Origin: Spirochaetales bacterium
Lineage (GTDB): Bacteria > Spirochaetota > Spirochaetia > DTKZ01
DNA length: 49,262 nucleotides
Direction of reading: 5' to 3'
Assembly (NCBI GenBank): GCA_031274005.1
Contig: JAISQU010000157.1
Coordinates: 1 to 49,262 of the forward strand
The notes under the pieces were generated by a model, which did not search any database, had not been told where the DNA came from, and was given only the letters and a program-made list of their open reading frames with translations. Positions 9,480 through 19,637 of the stretch are shown one piece after another. The position numbers and the translations under genes were made by a program. The stretch's first letter is position 1. Each line of letters begins with the position of its first letter.

Positions 9480-10877
9480 TCAACTGTTCACTTCTGCCCG
9501 TTCACCGCTGTTTTTTTGGGGCGCGAATACTTTTTGTATGCTTTGCGTCACAGAGGCGGCGCGTATCCAGCCTTCGGCGGCATCCTCCTCGTCGCCGGGC
9601 TTTTCCGGCCCGATAAAGGCGGTAAATCCCATTTCCGCAGCGGCCCGCAGCCGCCGCCTGAAGTGCGGGACAGGCCGTATCTCGCCCGCAAGGCTTACTT
9701 CGCCGGAAACAGTCGTATTTCCGGGAAAACACAGACCGGTACGCGCCGAATACAGGGCCATTGCGAGGGGAAGCTCTATGCCTACCTCGGTAAGCCGTAT
9801 TCCCCCCGCGACATTGACGTACACATCCTGATCGGAAAACCTTAGAGACGCGTGTTTTTCCAGAACAGCCGCGATGCGCGACACTCTGCCGGGGTCGATT
9901 CTGTCGGAATATACGCGCGACAGCCCGCCCTTTGCGGGAACCGTCAGCGCCTGAATCTCGACCAGAAGAACGCGGCTGCCCTCGTAAACAGGCGCGGGGA
10001 CCACGCCGGGAGGCAGGCTGCCCTCGCGCTCCACAAGAAACAAGGCCGAGGGATCGGCAACCTGCGCAAGGCCTTTTTCCCCCATAGAGAAAAGACCTAT
10101 CTCGTCAACAGAACCGAAACGGTTTTTTGCCGCCCGCAGAAACCGTATATCGCCGCCGGACTGGTCAAAATATAAAACCGTGTCCACCATGTGTTCGATA
10201 ATCTTGGGTCCCGCTATGGCGCCTTCTTTTGTAACATGTCCTATAAAAAAAACCGAAGCGCCCCGCTGCCGGGCCCATTCCGCGATTTCGTGACAGCAGA
10301 ATTTGATTTGGTTAATAGTACCGGGTACTGCTCCCAGATCCGGGGAATGAAGGGTCTGAATGGAATCGACAATGAGCAGTTCGGGGTCAAGCCGGCGCAG
10401 GCAGCCGTCCACAAGACTCAGTTCCGTTTCCGCGAAGATGTGGAGGTTCTTTGAATCCAGCCCCAGACGGTCGGCCCGCCGCCTGATTTGTCCCGGCGAT
10501 TCTTCCCCGGAAAGGTAGAGCGTCCTGTAGCGCATACCCAGCCCGGCGGCGGTTTGAAGCATCAGTGTCGACTTGCCTATTCCCGGCTCGCCGCCTACAA
10601 GGATGGTAGACCCCCTGACAATGCCGCCGCCTAAAACCCTGTCCAGTTCCGTAAGCGTTGATCCCAGCCGAATGCCTTCGGAGGCTTCCACGCTGGAGAG
10701 CAGTACCGCTTCTTTCGGGATTTTTGCGGCGTCCCGCGCCGCGCCGGTTTTCCGGACAGCCTCGCCCTCAATAAAGGTGTTCCATTCACCACAGGAGGGG
10801 CACCTGCCCATCCACTTGGGCTGCGTGTGCCCGCAGCCCCGGCAGGTAAAAACAGGCCGGTTTTTATCTTTGGCCAC
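9480..10877 (-). CDS. radA: DNA repair protein RadA
   Basis: 465 aa. N-terminal C4 zinc finger CRGCGHTQPKWMGRCPSCGEWNTF, Walker A GGEPGIGKST, the KNRFG motif (AAKNRFGSVDE), and a Lon-protease-like C-terminal domain. Confidence 0.95.
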   Translation of the reverse strand: MAKDKNRPVFTCRGCGHTQPKWMGRCPSCGEWNTFIEGEAVRKTGAARDAAKIPKEAVLLSSVEASEGIRLGSTLTELDRVLGGGIVRGSTILVGGEPGIGKSTLMLQTAAGLGMRYRTLYLSGEESPGQIRRRADRLGLDSKNLHIFAETELSLVDGCLRRLDPELLIVDSIQTLHSPDLGAVPGTINQIKFCCHEIAEWARQRGASVFFIGHVTKEGAIAGPKIIEHMVDTVLYFDQSGGDIRFLRAAKNRFGSVDEIGLFSMGEKGLAQVADPSALFLVEREGSLPPGVVPAPVYEGSRVLLVEIQALTVPAKGGLSRVYSDRIDPGRVSRIAAVLEKHASLRFSDQDVYVNVAGGIRLTEVGIELPLAMALYSARTGLCFPGNTTVSGEVSLAGEIRPVPHFRRRLRAAAEMGFTAFIGPEKPGDEEDAAEGWIRAASVTQSIQKVFAPQKNSGERAEVNS

Positions 10878-10881
10878 TCTC

Positions 10882-11895
10882 CTACCGTGAGACCTTCAGA
10901 AGCTCTACTTCGAAAAGAAGATACGCGTTCGGGGGAATCACTCTACCCGCGCCCCCCGCTCCATAGGCAAGATCGGGAGGCAGCACAAAAGCGCGCTGTT
11001 CGCCCTCTTTCATATCGAGAATCATTTCGTCCCAGCCCTTGATGACCATCCCCCTGCCGGCCTGAAACTCAAAAGGATTCCTGTTCTTGCTTGAGTCGAA
11101 CACCGTACCGTCAAGAAGAAGTCCGGTATAATGAACGGTAACGTAATTGCCCCTGTTCGCCTTGTCGCCGCTTCCGGTTTTTGTTGTTTTGTAGTAAATG
11201 CCCGACGGGCTTGTCTGCGCTCCGGGGAGTATCTGCCTGATTCTGGCGGTAATGTCTTTCTTTTCTTCCTCGGCCGCCAGCGCCGCTTTCCTTGAGGCTT
11301 CCGCAAAAGCCCTGTCAAAAGCAGCCTGATCCGCGGCAAAAGCGCCGGCCTTTGCGCCCTGGCGGATAATTGTAATACTCTGAATTGTATCGCCTTCCCT
11401 GATTTTATTCACCACATCCTGACCCTGGACGACGTGGCCGAAGACGGTATGTTTGCCGTCCAGATGCGGGGTTGCCACATGCGTAATAAAAAACTGACTG
11501 CCGTTGGTACCCGGCCCCGCGTTTGCCATGGACAGGATTCCCGGCCCGGAATGTTTCAGGCCGGGGTCGAACTCATCGGGGAATTTGTAGCCGGGGCCGC
11601 CCGTACCATTACCCGCCGGGTCGCCGCCCTGAATCATGAAATTATTGACAACCCTGTGGAATTTTAGCCCGTCGTAAAAGGGCTTTCCGGCGCGGGGCGA
11701 ATTTTTGATTTTACCTTCCGCGAGGCCCGCAAAGTTAATAACCGTCAGGGGTGTTTTTTCATACTCAAGCTGAACCAGAATATCCCCCTTGACGGTTTTT
11801 ATCCGCGCGTATAATCCATCAGGAAGCGTCTGCGCCTCCAGGCTGCCCACGGCCGCCGAAAGCGCCGCCGCAAAAACAAGTGTTCTGAACTTCAT
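10882..11895 (-). CDS. Secreted dual-family peptidyl-prolyl isomerase (cyclophilin domain + FKBP domain)
   Basis: 337 aa. Signal peptide [21 protein letters not shown]. Cyclophilin motifs [15 protein letters not shown] and GSQFFIT. C-terminal FKBP motifs [27 protein letters not shown] and PPDLAYG. Confidence 0.9.
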   Translation of the reverse strand: MKFRTLVFAAALSAAVGSLEAQTLPDGLYARIKTVKGDILVQLEYEKTPLTVINFAGLAEGKIKNSPRAGKPFYDGLKFHRVVNNFMIQGGDPAGNGTGGPGYKFPDEFDPGLKHSGPGILSMANAGPGTNGSQFFITHVATPHLDGKHTVFGHVVQGQDVVNKIREGDTIQSITIIRQGAKAGAFAADQAAFDRAFAEASRKAALAAEEEKKDITARIRQILPGAQTSPSGIYYKTTKTGSGDKANRGNYVTVHYTGLLLDGTVFDSSKNRNPFEFQAGRGMVIKGWDEMILDMKEGEQRAFVLPPDLAYGAGGAGRVIPPNAYLLFEVELLKVSR

Positions 11896-12162
11896 GTATA
11901 TCCTCCCAAAAATGCTGTTTTTCTATAATAATACTGGTAATATACCGCATCGCGCGTATTATTTACAATGCGCCCCGAGCCTTACAGCCCTTCCCTGTGT
12001 CTACTGAAGCAGGAAACCTTTTGAACCCGCGCTGTACACCCCCGCGGAAGAAATGGTCGGCTCCGTTATTCACGGGAGTCTTCTGGTATAAGAAAAAACA
12101 CATGAGGCGGTCTTTTCACTTCCGCGCGGGTACTCTATAATGCGGAAAAGGATATAAACGGC

Positions 12163-13026
12163 ATGACGAATCCTGCGAACAAGGCAATTCTGCTTCTGTC
12201 CTGTCCCGATGCGCGGGGGATTGTGGCGGAGGTGTCGCATTTTATTTTTACCTATAATGGGAATATCCTGTATTCGGATCAGCATACGGATTCCGAGACG
12301 GATACTTTTTTTATGCGGGTCGAGTGGGACCTGGCGGGCTTCAGAATAGCGGAGAACAAAATCCTGGCGGCTTTTGAGCCTGTTGCGGACAAGTTTTCCA
12401 TGAACTGGCGCATTGAGTTTTCTTCGCATATTCCGCGGATAGCGATTTTTGTTTCAAAAATGGACCACTGTTTGTACGATCTTCTTTTGCGGACGCGGGA
12501 GGGGGAACTGGCCGGCGATATTGTTATGATTGTGAGTAACCATAATGCGCTTGCGCCGGTGGCGCAGTATTTCGGAGCGCCTTTTCATTTTATTCCTGTA
12601 ACGGAGGCGGCAAAGGCCGCGGCGGAGGCGAAGGAGCTTGAGCTTTTGCGTGAGCAGAATATAGACCTTGTTATTCTTGCGCGGTATATGCAGGTTTTGA
12701 GCGATACTTTTGTCAGGGAGTTCAGGAACAGGATAATCAACATTCATCACAGCTTTCTTCCCGCTTTTGTGGGGGCAAAGCCGTATCATCAGGCTTTTGA
12801 GCGCGGCGTTAAAATCATAGGGGCCACGAGCCATTACGTGACCCCTGATCTGGATCAGGGGCCCATTATTGAGCAGGATGTGGCGCGGATAAGCCACAGG
12901 GACGCGGTGTCCGATCTTGTGCGAAAGGGCAAAAATCTGGAGAAAATTGTGCTTTCACGGGCGGTGCGCTTGCATCTTGAACACCGTATTCTTATATTTG
13001 GAAATAAAACTGTCGTTTTCGGTTAA
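12163..13026 (+). CDS. purU: Formyltetrahydrofolate deformylase
   Basis: 287 aa. N-terminal ACT-like domain (ILLLSCPDARGIVAEVSHFI) and a formyltransferase core (IINIHHSFLPAFVGAKPYHQA, GATSHYVTPDLDQGPII). Confidence 0.9.
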   Translation: MTNPANKAILLLSCPDARGIVAEVSHFIFTYNGNILYSDQHTDSETDTFFMRVEWDLAGFRIAENKILAAFEPVADKFSMNWRIEFSSHIPRIAIFVSKMDHCLYDLLLRTREGELAGDIVMIVSNHNALAPVAQYFGAPFHFIPVTEAAKAAAEAKELELLREQNIDLVILARYMQVLSDTFVREFRNRIINIHHSFLPAFVGAKPYHQAFERGVKIIGATSHYVTPDLDQGPIIEQDVARISHRDAVSDLVRKGKNLEKIVLSRAVRLHLEHRILIFGNKTVVFG

Positions 13027-13085
13027 GACCGGTTTCGGTTACATGGCCGGTTGGGCGCAGATGAGGACATGAGGAGAAGATCGCT

Positions 13086-14738
13086 ATGGTAGAAGCCTTA
13101 AAAAAGAATCCCAAATTTCAGGGAAGGCGGGGCCCTGTGGTGCTCGCCATTCTGGACGGAGTCGGCTACGGCAAATATAAAGAGGGGGACGCTGTCGCGG
13201 AAGCGAAGACCCTTACTCTGGACGCGCTGGAATCCTCGTGTCCGCACACAAAACTCAAGGCCCACGGGACTGCGGTGGGCCTTCCCTCTGATGAGGACAT
13301 GGGCAACAGCGAGGTCGGGCACAACGCCATGGGCTGCGGCCGCGTTTTCGCGCAGGGTGCAAAGCTGGTAAGCGGTTCCATCGAAACAGGAGATCTTTTC
13401 AGCGGCGAGACATGGAAAACCCTTGTGAGCGGGGTAAAGCAGTCGGGGGGCAGCCTGCATTTTATCGGGCTTTTTTCCGACGGAAATGTCCACAGCCACA
13501 TAGACCACTTGAAGGCCATGCTGAGGCAGGCCGCCGCGGAGGGCGTGGGAAAGGCGCGGATTCACATTCTGCTGGACGGCCGCGACGTGGGGGAGACTTC
13601 GGCTCTGGAATACATTGATCCTTTTGAGGCTTTTCTCGCGGAGCTGAACAAGGGCGGCGCGGACTATCGTATTGCCTCAGGCGGCGGCCGACAGGTTATT
13701 ACGATGGACCGCTACGGCGCGAACTGGGACATGGTACGCAAGGGCTGGGAAATCCACGTGCAGGGCAAGGGCCGGCAGTTCGCGAGCGCGCGTGAGGCGG
13801 TGGAAACCCTGCGCGGGGAAACACAGGCCATAGATCAGGATTTGCCGCCCTTTGTTATCGCCGAAGGAGGATCTCCGGTGGGGCCCGTGGCGGACGGAGA
13901 TTCTGTTATTTATTTCAATTTCCGCGGGGACAGGGCTTTGGAGATTACCGCGGCTTTTGAGGACGACGCCTTTGACAAGTTTGACCGCGGTCTGAGGCCT
14001 GCGGCCTGCTACGCCGGCATGATGGAATACGACGGCGACCTGCATATACCCAAACAGTATCTTGTCTCGCCGCCGTCAATCGACAGAACTCTGGGTGAAT
14101 ATCTTGTGGCTTCCGGTGTGAAGCAGCTGGCCATCAGCGAGACGCAGAAGTACGGCCATGTCACGTATTTCTTTAACGGAAACAAGCTGGGCAAGTACAG
14201 TGAGGAACTTGAAGACTATGTTGAAATAAAGTCCGATGTCGTTCCTTTCGAGCAGCGGCCCTGGATGAAATGCGCGGAGATTACCGACAAGGTGATCGCG
14301 GCCATAGAAAGCGGTAAGTACGGCATGATACGGCTGAACTTTCCCAACGGCGATATGGTTGGGCACACGGGCATCTACCAGGCCGTTATCTGCGCCCTTG
14401 AGGCTGTGGATCTTTGCCTTGGCCGCATCCGGCAGGCCGTCGCGAAAGCCGGCGGCGTTTTGATTATTTGCGCAGACCACGGCAACTCCGACGATATGTT
14501 TGAGCACGAGAAGAAAAGCGGGAAGGTTCTGACAAAGGCCGACGGAAGCCCCTGTGCGAAGACGGCCCATTCCCTGAATCCCGTGCCCTGCATTATTTAT
14601 GACCCTGAATCAAAGGGGGAGTATTCGGCGCAGTTAAAAGAGGGTTTGGGCATCAGCTCTCTCTCGGCGACGAGTATGGAACTTCTGGGCTTTACGCCGC
14701 CCGGGGAGTATGATCCGTCTGTACTGACTTTCAAGTAG
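13086..14738 (+). CDS. gpmI: 2,3-bisphosphoglycerate-independent phosphoglycerate mutase (long, ~550-aa type)
   Basis: 550 aa. Catalytic-Ser motif GNSEVGHNAMG, plus LLDGRDV, NGDMVGHTG and CADHGNSD metal-ligand motifs. Confidence 0.9.
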   Translation: MVEALKKNPKFQGRRGPVVLAILDGVGYGKYKEGDAVAEAKTLTLDALESSCPHTKLKAHGTAVGLPSDEDMGNSEVGHNAMGCGRVFAQGAKLVSGSIETGDLFSGETWKTLVSGVKQSGGSLHFIGLFSDGNVHSHIDHLKAMLRQAAAEGVGKARIHILLDGRDVGETSALEYIDPFEAFLAELNKGGADYRIASGGGRQVITMDRYGANWDMVRKGWEIHVQGKGRQFASAREAVETLRGETQAIDQDLPPFVIAEGGSPVGPVADGDSVIYFNFRGDRALEITAAFEDDAFDKFDRGLRPAACYAGMMEYDGDLHIPKQYLVSPPSIDRTLGEYLVASGVKQLAISETQKYGHVTYFFNGNKLGKYSEELEDYVEIKSDVVPFEQRPWMKCAEITDKVIAAIESGKYGMIRLNFPNGDMVGHTGIYQAVICALEAVDLCLGRIRQAVAKAGGVLIICADHGNSDDMFEHEKKSGKVLTKADGSPCAKTAHSLNPVPCIIYDPESKGEYSAQLKEGLGISSLSATSMELLGFTPPGEYDPSVLTFK

Positions 14739-14743
14739 GCGCC

Positions 14744-15307
14744 ATGCCTGTAGAGATTGAAATGAAAGCCTGGGTGCACAGGCCGGAAGAAACGCTCGGG
14801 CGCGTCCAGAGGCTGTGCGTTTTTCAGAAAGATTATGTGAAGAATGACGCCTACTTCAGCGCGCCGAAGGCTTCGCCCCTGGCCGGGGACGCCGGGTCGG
14901 ATTTACGCGTTCGCAGCGAAAACGGGCAGTGGGTGTGTACCTATAAAAAGAAGAGTGTCAAAAACGCTCTGGAGGTTAACGAAGAAAACGAGTTTACGCT
15001 TTCCGACGGGCCGCTCTTCATGGATTTGCTTGAGAAGCTCGGCTGTGAAAGAAGTATACGTAAAGTAAAGCGGGGCAAACAGTATGCCTGCCGGGGGCTT
15101 ACCGTGGAAGTCTCTGATGTTCAGGGGCTGGGTCTTTTTGTGGAGGCCGAGAAGGTTCTGGAGGCGGCCCGGCCGGAGGAGATAGCCGCCTGGGAAAAAA
15201 CAATAAGGCGGTTTTTTGCGGATATAGGCATCCGCGATGAGGATATTGAGGCAAGGCCGTATTCTGCTATGCTGAGGGAAAAAGGACAAACAGGAAAGGC
15301 GCCGTAA
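14744..15307 (+). CDS. CYTH-domain protein (class IV adenylate cyclase / triphosphatase family)
   Basis: 187 aa. N-terminal EIEMK (ExExK signature), LRVRSENG, and GLGLFVEAE near the C-terminal third. Confidence 0.75.
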   Translation: MPVEIEMKAWVHRPEETLGRVQRLCVFQKDYVKNDAYFSAPKASPLAGDAGSDLRVRSENGQWVCTYKKKSVKNALEVNEENEFTLSDGPLFMDLLEKLGCERSIRKVKRGKQYACRGLTVEVSDVQGLGLFVEAEKVLEAARPEEIAAWEKTIRRFFADIGIRDEDIEARPYSAMLREKGQTGKAP

Positions 15308-15309
15308 AA

Positions 15310-15867
15310 ATGTTTCAAAAGAAAAGGCGTGGCGCGGATATAAACGATATTGCCGCTTTTTTCAGGGAGCTGGTTTCCCGCTCCGGGGAATTTCTGGGCC
15401 GGCCCGTGCGCGTGCATTTTATCGCGGATGCCGCTCAGTGCAGGGCCGGGTCTTCCGATGCGGGAGATTTCCTGCCCTTTCTGCGTATGGTACTTTTTGA
15501 CGCCGCCCAGAATACCGCTGCCAATCCGGACACATCTCTTCATGTTCATACAGCCGATGGGGGCGTGGCCGGCGCCGCCGGAGAAATCACCGCCGCCATT
15601 GCGGGCAAGTCCGGCGATGATATGAATAACGATGAGTTTTTTATCATAACCTGGGGAAAGGCGGGCATGCAAAAAAATCTCGTGAAGGAGTTTTCCGGCC
15701 TGCCCGAGGCCGCTCGGAAAAGGCTGACCCTGTTTCATTTGCCTCTGGGCATGGGTAATACACGGACTGAAATGAACGCCCTCGCGGCGGCGGTGAGGAC
15801 TCTTCTGAAAGGTAAGCGCATCGCGGCCGGCGAGGCGGGCCTGCGTATAGTTCAGGGGAAAATATAA
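15310..15867 (+). CDS. Hypothetical protein
   Basis: 185-aa ORF starting 2 nt after the CYTH stop, so possibly co-transcribed. No motif recognised. A longer antisense ORF (15121..15933) competes for this interval. Its 3' end overlaps the convergent MBL gene by 16 nt. Confidence 0.4.
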   Translation: MFQKKRRGADINDIAAFFRELVSRSGEFLGRPVRVHFIADAAQCRAGSSDAGDFLPFLRMVLFDAAQNTAANPDTSLHVHTADGGVAGAAGEITAAIAGKSGDDMNNDEFFIITWGKAGMQKNLVKEFSGLPEAARKRLTLFHLPLGMGNTRTEMNALAAAVRTLLKGKRIAAGEAGLRIVQGKI

Positions 15868-16724
15868 TACACGTGCTGCCGGGCGAATCCCGCAAAACCC
15901 GCCTCTTCCACGGCGGGAAGAACTTTTTCCCAACTGTCCTGATAATGCATCAGATAGGTTTTTGCCCTGATGTCTTTGGGCAGAGTCGACAATTCCTCCA
16001 AAGAAGAATGAACCCCGCCGGTGAAAAACTGACAGTCATGAAAAATTGCCTGGATTTTTTTGTTTGACCCGTAATCGCGGACCATGTCGGGGTCAAAGCG
16101 TGTGTCGCTGGAAAAAAGTATTATATTGTCGATGACAAGCCCGAAGCTGGGAAAGCTGTCTTCCCATGTGGAGGCGCTGTCGGGAATGTGCATGGTTCTG
16201 AATATTTTAAGGTTAATCGAACCAATATCGGCCTCCCATGTCTCACGGGGATAGCCGGCAGCCCATACGGGACGCTTTATTTCCCAAAAATCACCAAAGG
16301 TAAGGGGCTTGCCCCCCGTACGCTCATTGTAGGCCGCGCCGCCGGCCAGTGAATAATCCCACAGAATGTTTTCAAAATATTCAGGGATACAGATTGCCGG
16401 TTTTTTCTTTTTCATGTACCTGCTGGTAAGGCAGACCTCTTCAACGCCGCCTATGTGATCCGCATGTGTATGGGTCAGAAAATAATTGCGAATATTGCTT
16501 AGCGGGCAGCCGATACTGTGCAGAGCCTGAGGGGTTTTTGTGCCGCAGTCAACAAGCAGATGGTCTTTGCCCTTGATGATTAAAAGATTTGTCTGGTTAA
16601 GGATTTTTGAAAACGCGCTTCCTGTTCCGATAAAAAACAACCGCAGCTCTTCGTCTTCATATGAAAGACTGAGCTTTTCGCCATTGGCAAGTGGTTCTAT
16701 ACGCATACAATCAGTATAGCACAT
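15852..16724 (-). CDS. MBL-fold metallo-hydrolase
   Basis: 290 aa. HxHxDH motif (LTHTHADHIGG) with downstream His/Asp ligand positions typical of the metallo-beta-lactamase fold. Confidence 0.8.
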   Translation of the reverse strand: MCYTDCMRIEPLANGEKLSLSYEDEELRLFFIGTGSAFSKILNQTNLLIIKGKDHLLVDCGTKTPQALHSIGCPLSNIRNYFLTHTHADHIGGVEEVCLTSRYMKKKKPAICIPEYFENILWDYSLAGGAAYNERTGGKPLTFGDFWEIKRPVWAAGYPRETWEADIGSINLKIFRTMHIPDSASTWEDSFPSFGLVIDNIILFSSDTRFDPDMVRDYGSNKKIQAIFHDCQFFTGGVHSSLEELSTLPKDIRAKTYLMHYQDSWEKVLPAVEEAGFAGFARQHVYYIFP

Positions 16725-16758
16725 TTACAGCAAAAGTGCAGAAAATCGGATAAGAAAA

Positions 16759-18120
16759 TCAGATTTCCCTGGAAAAACCGCAGAGTTTTTCAAGAATCTG
16801 CGTTACCTTTCGCCGTTCTCCCGAAAAGAAGGCCGCAAAATCGGAATTTTCCCGACAGGGGATGTCCAGTCGGAGATTTCCCGCGGTTCCGGTACTTTGC
16901 CTGTTCCGGATGGTTTGGGCGGGATCCAGCGCTTTCAGCTTTTCAAGGTTGAGCCCTACATCCCTGTAGGCGTCCCGAAAGCTCTTTCCCCGGACTACCT
17001 GGAGGTAGGCTTCGTCAGTGGCAAATATTTCAGGCGAAAAGGCCCGGCGCAGGGCATCGCCGTTAACGGTAAGAGCGCGCACGGTAAGTTCCATAATGCG
17101 GAAGAGGGATAAGGCGGTTTTAAGCCCCCGCATGAAAGGTTCTTTTGTTTCCTGAAAATCCCTGTTGTAACCCGAAGGCAGCGCCCGAATGACGGACTTT
17201 ATCTGAAAGGCGCAGCTTCCCAGGGCAGCGGCTTTTGCGCGGGTAAGCTCCAGCCCGTCGGGGTTTTTCTTTTGCGGCATGATGCTCGACCCCGTACACA
17301 TTTGCGCCGGCAGGCAAAAGTAACCGAATTCCGGCAGCGAAAACATTATAAGGTCCGCGGCCATTTTGGACAGGGTAATGCCCATACTGTCCAGAGCGTC
17401 CAGGACGCAGGCTTCAAGCCTGCCCCGGGAATTATTGGCCGCAAGGACATTGTTGTGAACCGCTTCAAAGCCCAAAAGTTCTGCGGTCAGTTCCCTGTTC
17501 AGGGGCAGGGGCGTACCGTAACTCGCCGCCGAACCCAGGGGACAACGGTTAACCAGATGATAAACCGTTTGCAGAAGTTTAAGCCCGTCAAGCAGTTCTT
17601 CCGCCCAGGCGGCGAACCACAGCCCCACCGAGGAGGGCATGGCGATTTGCGTATGGGTACGACCCGGCATGGGAATATTTTTGTTTTTTTCGGCGGCGCA
17701 AAGAAGGGTTTCCACAAGCCGGCACACGGCGTCCGCGCTGTCAAGCAGAAAATCCCTGCAATACAGGCGCAGCGCCGTAAGCACCTGGTCGTTACGCGAA
17801 CGGCCCGTATGAATTTTTTTACCCGCGCCGCCCAGCTCTTTTGTAAGCCGGTTTTCTATGGCGGTGTGGCAGTCCTCCTCTTCGGGCCGGATAATGAAGG
17901 CGCCTTCGGCCTGCTCGTGCATAATGGCGGCCAGTACCACATGCAGGGATGCTTCTTCCTGCCGGGTAAGTATGCCTATGTCCGTCAGCATTTTTGCATG
18001 AGCCATGCTGCCCAGGCAGTCCGCGGGAACAAGAGCCCTGTCCAGAAGGTAATCCTGCCCGACGGTAAACTCCTCAAGAAAAGCGTCAACGTTATAATCT
18101 TTTTCCCACAGCTTCGCCAC
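16759..18120 (-). CDS. argH: Argininosuccinate lyase
   Basis: Fumarate-lyase signature GSSIMPQKKNPD, TGRSRNDQ, and N-terminal KLWEK typical of ArgH. The ORF is open to 18258, but homolog-like sequence begins at the GTG (V-A-K-L-W-E-K) at 18120, so the start is uncertain between 18120 and 18258. Confidence 0.85.
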   Translation of the reverse strand: MAKLWEKDYNVDAFLEEFTVGQDYLLDRALVPADCLGSMAHAKMLTDIGILTRQEEASLHVVLAAIMHEQAEGAFIIRPEEEDCHTAIENRLTKELGGAGKKIHTGRSRNDQVLTALRLYCRDFLLDSADAVCRLVETLLCAAEKNKNIPMPGRTHTQIAMPSSVGLWFAAWAEELLDGLKLLQTVYHLVNRCPLGSAASYGTPLPLNRELTAELLGFEAVHNNVLAANNSRGRLEACVLDALDSMGITLSKMAADLIMFSLPEFGYFCLPAQMCTGSSIMPQKKNPDGLELTRAKAAALGSCAFQIKSVIRALPSGYNRDFQETKEPFMRGLKTALSLFRIMELTVRALTVNGDALRRAFSPEIFATDEAYLQVVRGKSFRDAYRDVGLNLEKLKALDPAQTIRNRQSTGTAGNLRLDIPCRENSDFAAFFSGERRKVTQILEKLCGFSREI

Positions 18121-18275
18121 ACATCCCCCCGAATATACCGGAAGATTTACATTACACAGATATTGTCTGCGGGTCAAGTTTAAGCATTCCCGCCGCAGGC
18201 GGGTGGAAATTACGGTGAAAGCCGCCAGGACTCTATCGGTTAAATTTGGGTTGCGCAAGGGGTTTGGAGGGGCGG

Positions 18276-19637
18276 TTAATCCTTTTTTTCCTCAATCCCA
18301 TATTCTTTTATTTTATAGATTATGGTCCGCCGGCTTATGCCCAAAGCCCCGGCAGCCCTGGTTCTGTTACCGTGGTGTTCCCTCAGGGCTTTCTCGATAA
18401 GGTCCCGTTCCGCGTTGCGTAAAAGGAGTCCGGACTCCGGCTGCGCCTCCCAGGCGGTATCCGGAATTGCCGTGGATTTTGGCGGCGGTCCGCCTTCAAT
18501 ACAATCTTCGCGGATAAGGCCGTCTTTTGACGAATAGATGACAGCCCGTTCCAGAATGTTTTCCAGTTCGCGGACATTTCCGGGAAAATCATAACGTTTC
18601 AGCTTTGCCAAAGCTCCGTTTGTAATCTCCCGCGGGCCGCAGTTCAGGCGGCCGCACAGCCGCGGCAAAAGGGTCTGCGCGAGGAGCGGGATATCCACCT
18701 TTCTGTCACGCAGGGGAGGAATGGCCAGGCGTATAACATTGAGCCGGTAAAAAAGATCCTCGCGGAAAAGCCCCTTGGCTACGCGGGCCTCAAGATCGCG
18801 GTTGGTCGCGGACAAAATGCGGGCGCCCAGGGGGATGTCGCGTATTCCGCCCAGGCGGCGAATCATTCTGTCCTGTAGAACGCGCAGAAGTTTTACCTGC
18901 AAAACCTGCGGCATTTCGCCGATTTCATCAAGAAAAAGCGTTCCTGACCCCGCAAGTTCAAAGAGGCCGATGCGCCGGGAGTCCGCGGAGGTAAAGGCGC
19001 CCTTCTCGTGGCCGAACAGTTCGCTTTCCAGCAGATTTTCCGGTATCGCCCCGACATTAACCGCCACAAACGGTTCGCTCCGGCGGGGGGATGTGTCATG
19101 AATTTCGCGGGCCACAACTTCCTTGCCGCAGCCGCTTTCTCCTGTAATGAGCACCGTGGAATCCGTCGCCGCGACTTTTTGGATTTTCTCCCGCAGCTCG
19201 CGTATCAGGGCATGCTCCCCCACAAGGCGCGGCTTTTCCGGCTGCTTGCGGGCTTCGGCCTCCGTTACATTGCGGCTGTTTGTTTCGCCGATTATTTTGC
19301 GTATCTTGTTGATAAGGGCCTTCGAGTCAAAGGGTTTCTCCACAAAATCCTTTGCCCCCGCCTGCATCGCTTTTACCGCGTCCTGGATCTCGCCGTGAGC
19401 GGAAATCATAATAACAGGAAGAAGAAACCCCTCGGCCCGTATCCACTCCACAAGATCCTGGCCGGACATGCCGGGCAGCCTCAAATCCACCAGGGCAAGG
19501 TCAAAACGCTGGCTGGCGACAAGCTCCCGCGCCTTTTCGCCGGACTCGGCGGTCTGGGCCTTCATGCCTTCAAGTTCCAGAAGCCGCCCCAGTGAGTCAC
19601 GGATATTTTTTTCATCATCAACAACAAGGATTTTCAT
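18276..19637 (-). CDS. Sigma-54-dependent response regulator (NtrC/AtoC family enhancer-binding protein)
   Basis: 453 aa. REC domain (DLALVDLRLPGMSG), AAA+ Walker A GESGCGKE, GAFTSA loop, ESELFGHEKGAF, and a C-terminal Fis-type HTH (NRTRAAGALGISRRTIIYKI). Confidence 0.9.
   Translation of the reverse strand: MKILVVDDEKNIRDSLGRLLELEGMKAQTAESGEKARELVASQRFDLALVDLRLPGMSGQDLVEWIRAEGFLLPVIMISAHGEIQDAVKAMQAGAKDFVEKPFDSKALINKIRKIIGETNSRNVTEAEARKQPEKPRLVGEHALIRELREKIQKVAATDSTVLITGESGCGKEVVAREIHDTSPRRSEPFVAVNVGAIPENLLESELFGHEKGAFTSADSRRIGLFELAGSGTLFLDEIGEMPQVLQVKLLRVLQDRMIRRLGGIRDIPLGARILSATNRDLEARVAKGLFREDLFYRLNVIRLAIPPLRDRKVDIPLLAQTLLPRLCGRLNCGPREITNGALAKLKRYDFPGNVRELENILERAVIYSSKDGLIREDCIEGGPPPKSTAIPDTAWEAQPESGLLLRNAERDLIEKALREHHGNRTRAAGALGISRRTIIYKIKEYGIEEKKD

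Noticed and set aside
11896-12162. Possible ZTP (pfl) or THF riboswitch in the 267-nt region upstream of purU
   Set aside because: I could not find the conserved ZTP 3' element (CCGCCTGGGC-like) or other riboswitch cores I remember. The region does contain a good -10 (TATAAT at 12135-12140), so it is probably a plain divergent promoter region. An Rfam scan would settle it.
15121-15933. 270-aa minus-strand ORF competing with the 185-aa plus-strand ORF 15310..15867
   Set aside because: The minus-strand product is Arg/Gly/Pro-rich and overlaps both neighbouring genes. The plus-strand ORF starts 2 nt after the CYTH gene stop and has more protein-like composition. Neither is proven, so the kept call has low confidence.
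18121-18258. 46-codon N-terminal extension of argH
   Set aside because: ArgH homologs of this type begin at the KLWEK motif, and the extension has no similarity to lyase N-termini that I recall. The exact start remains uncertain because the GTG lacks an ideally spaced RBS.
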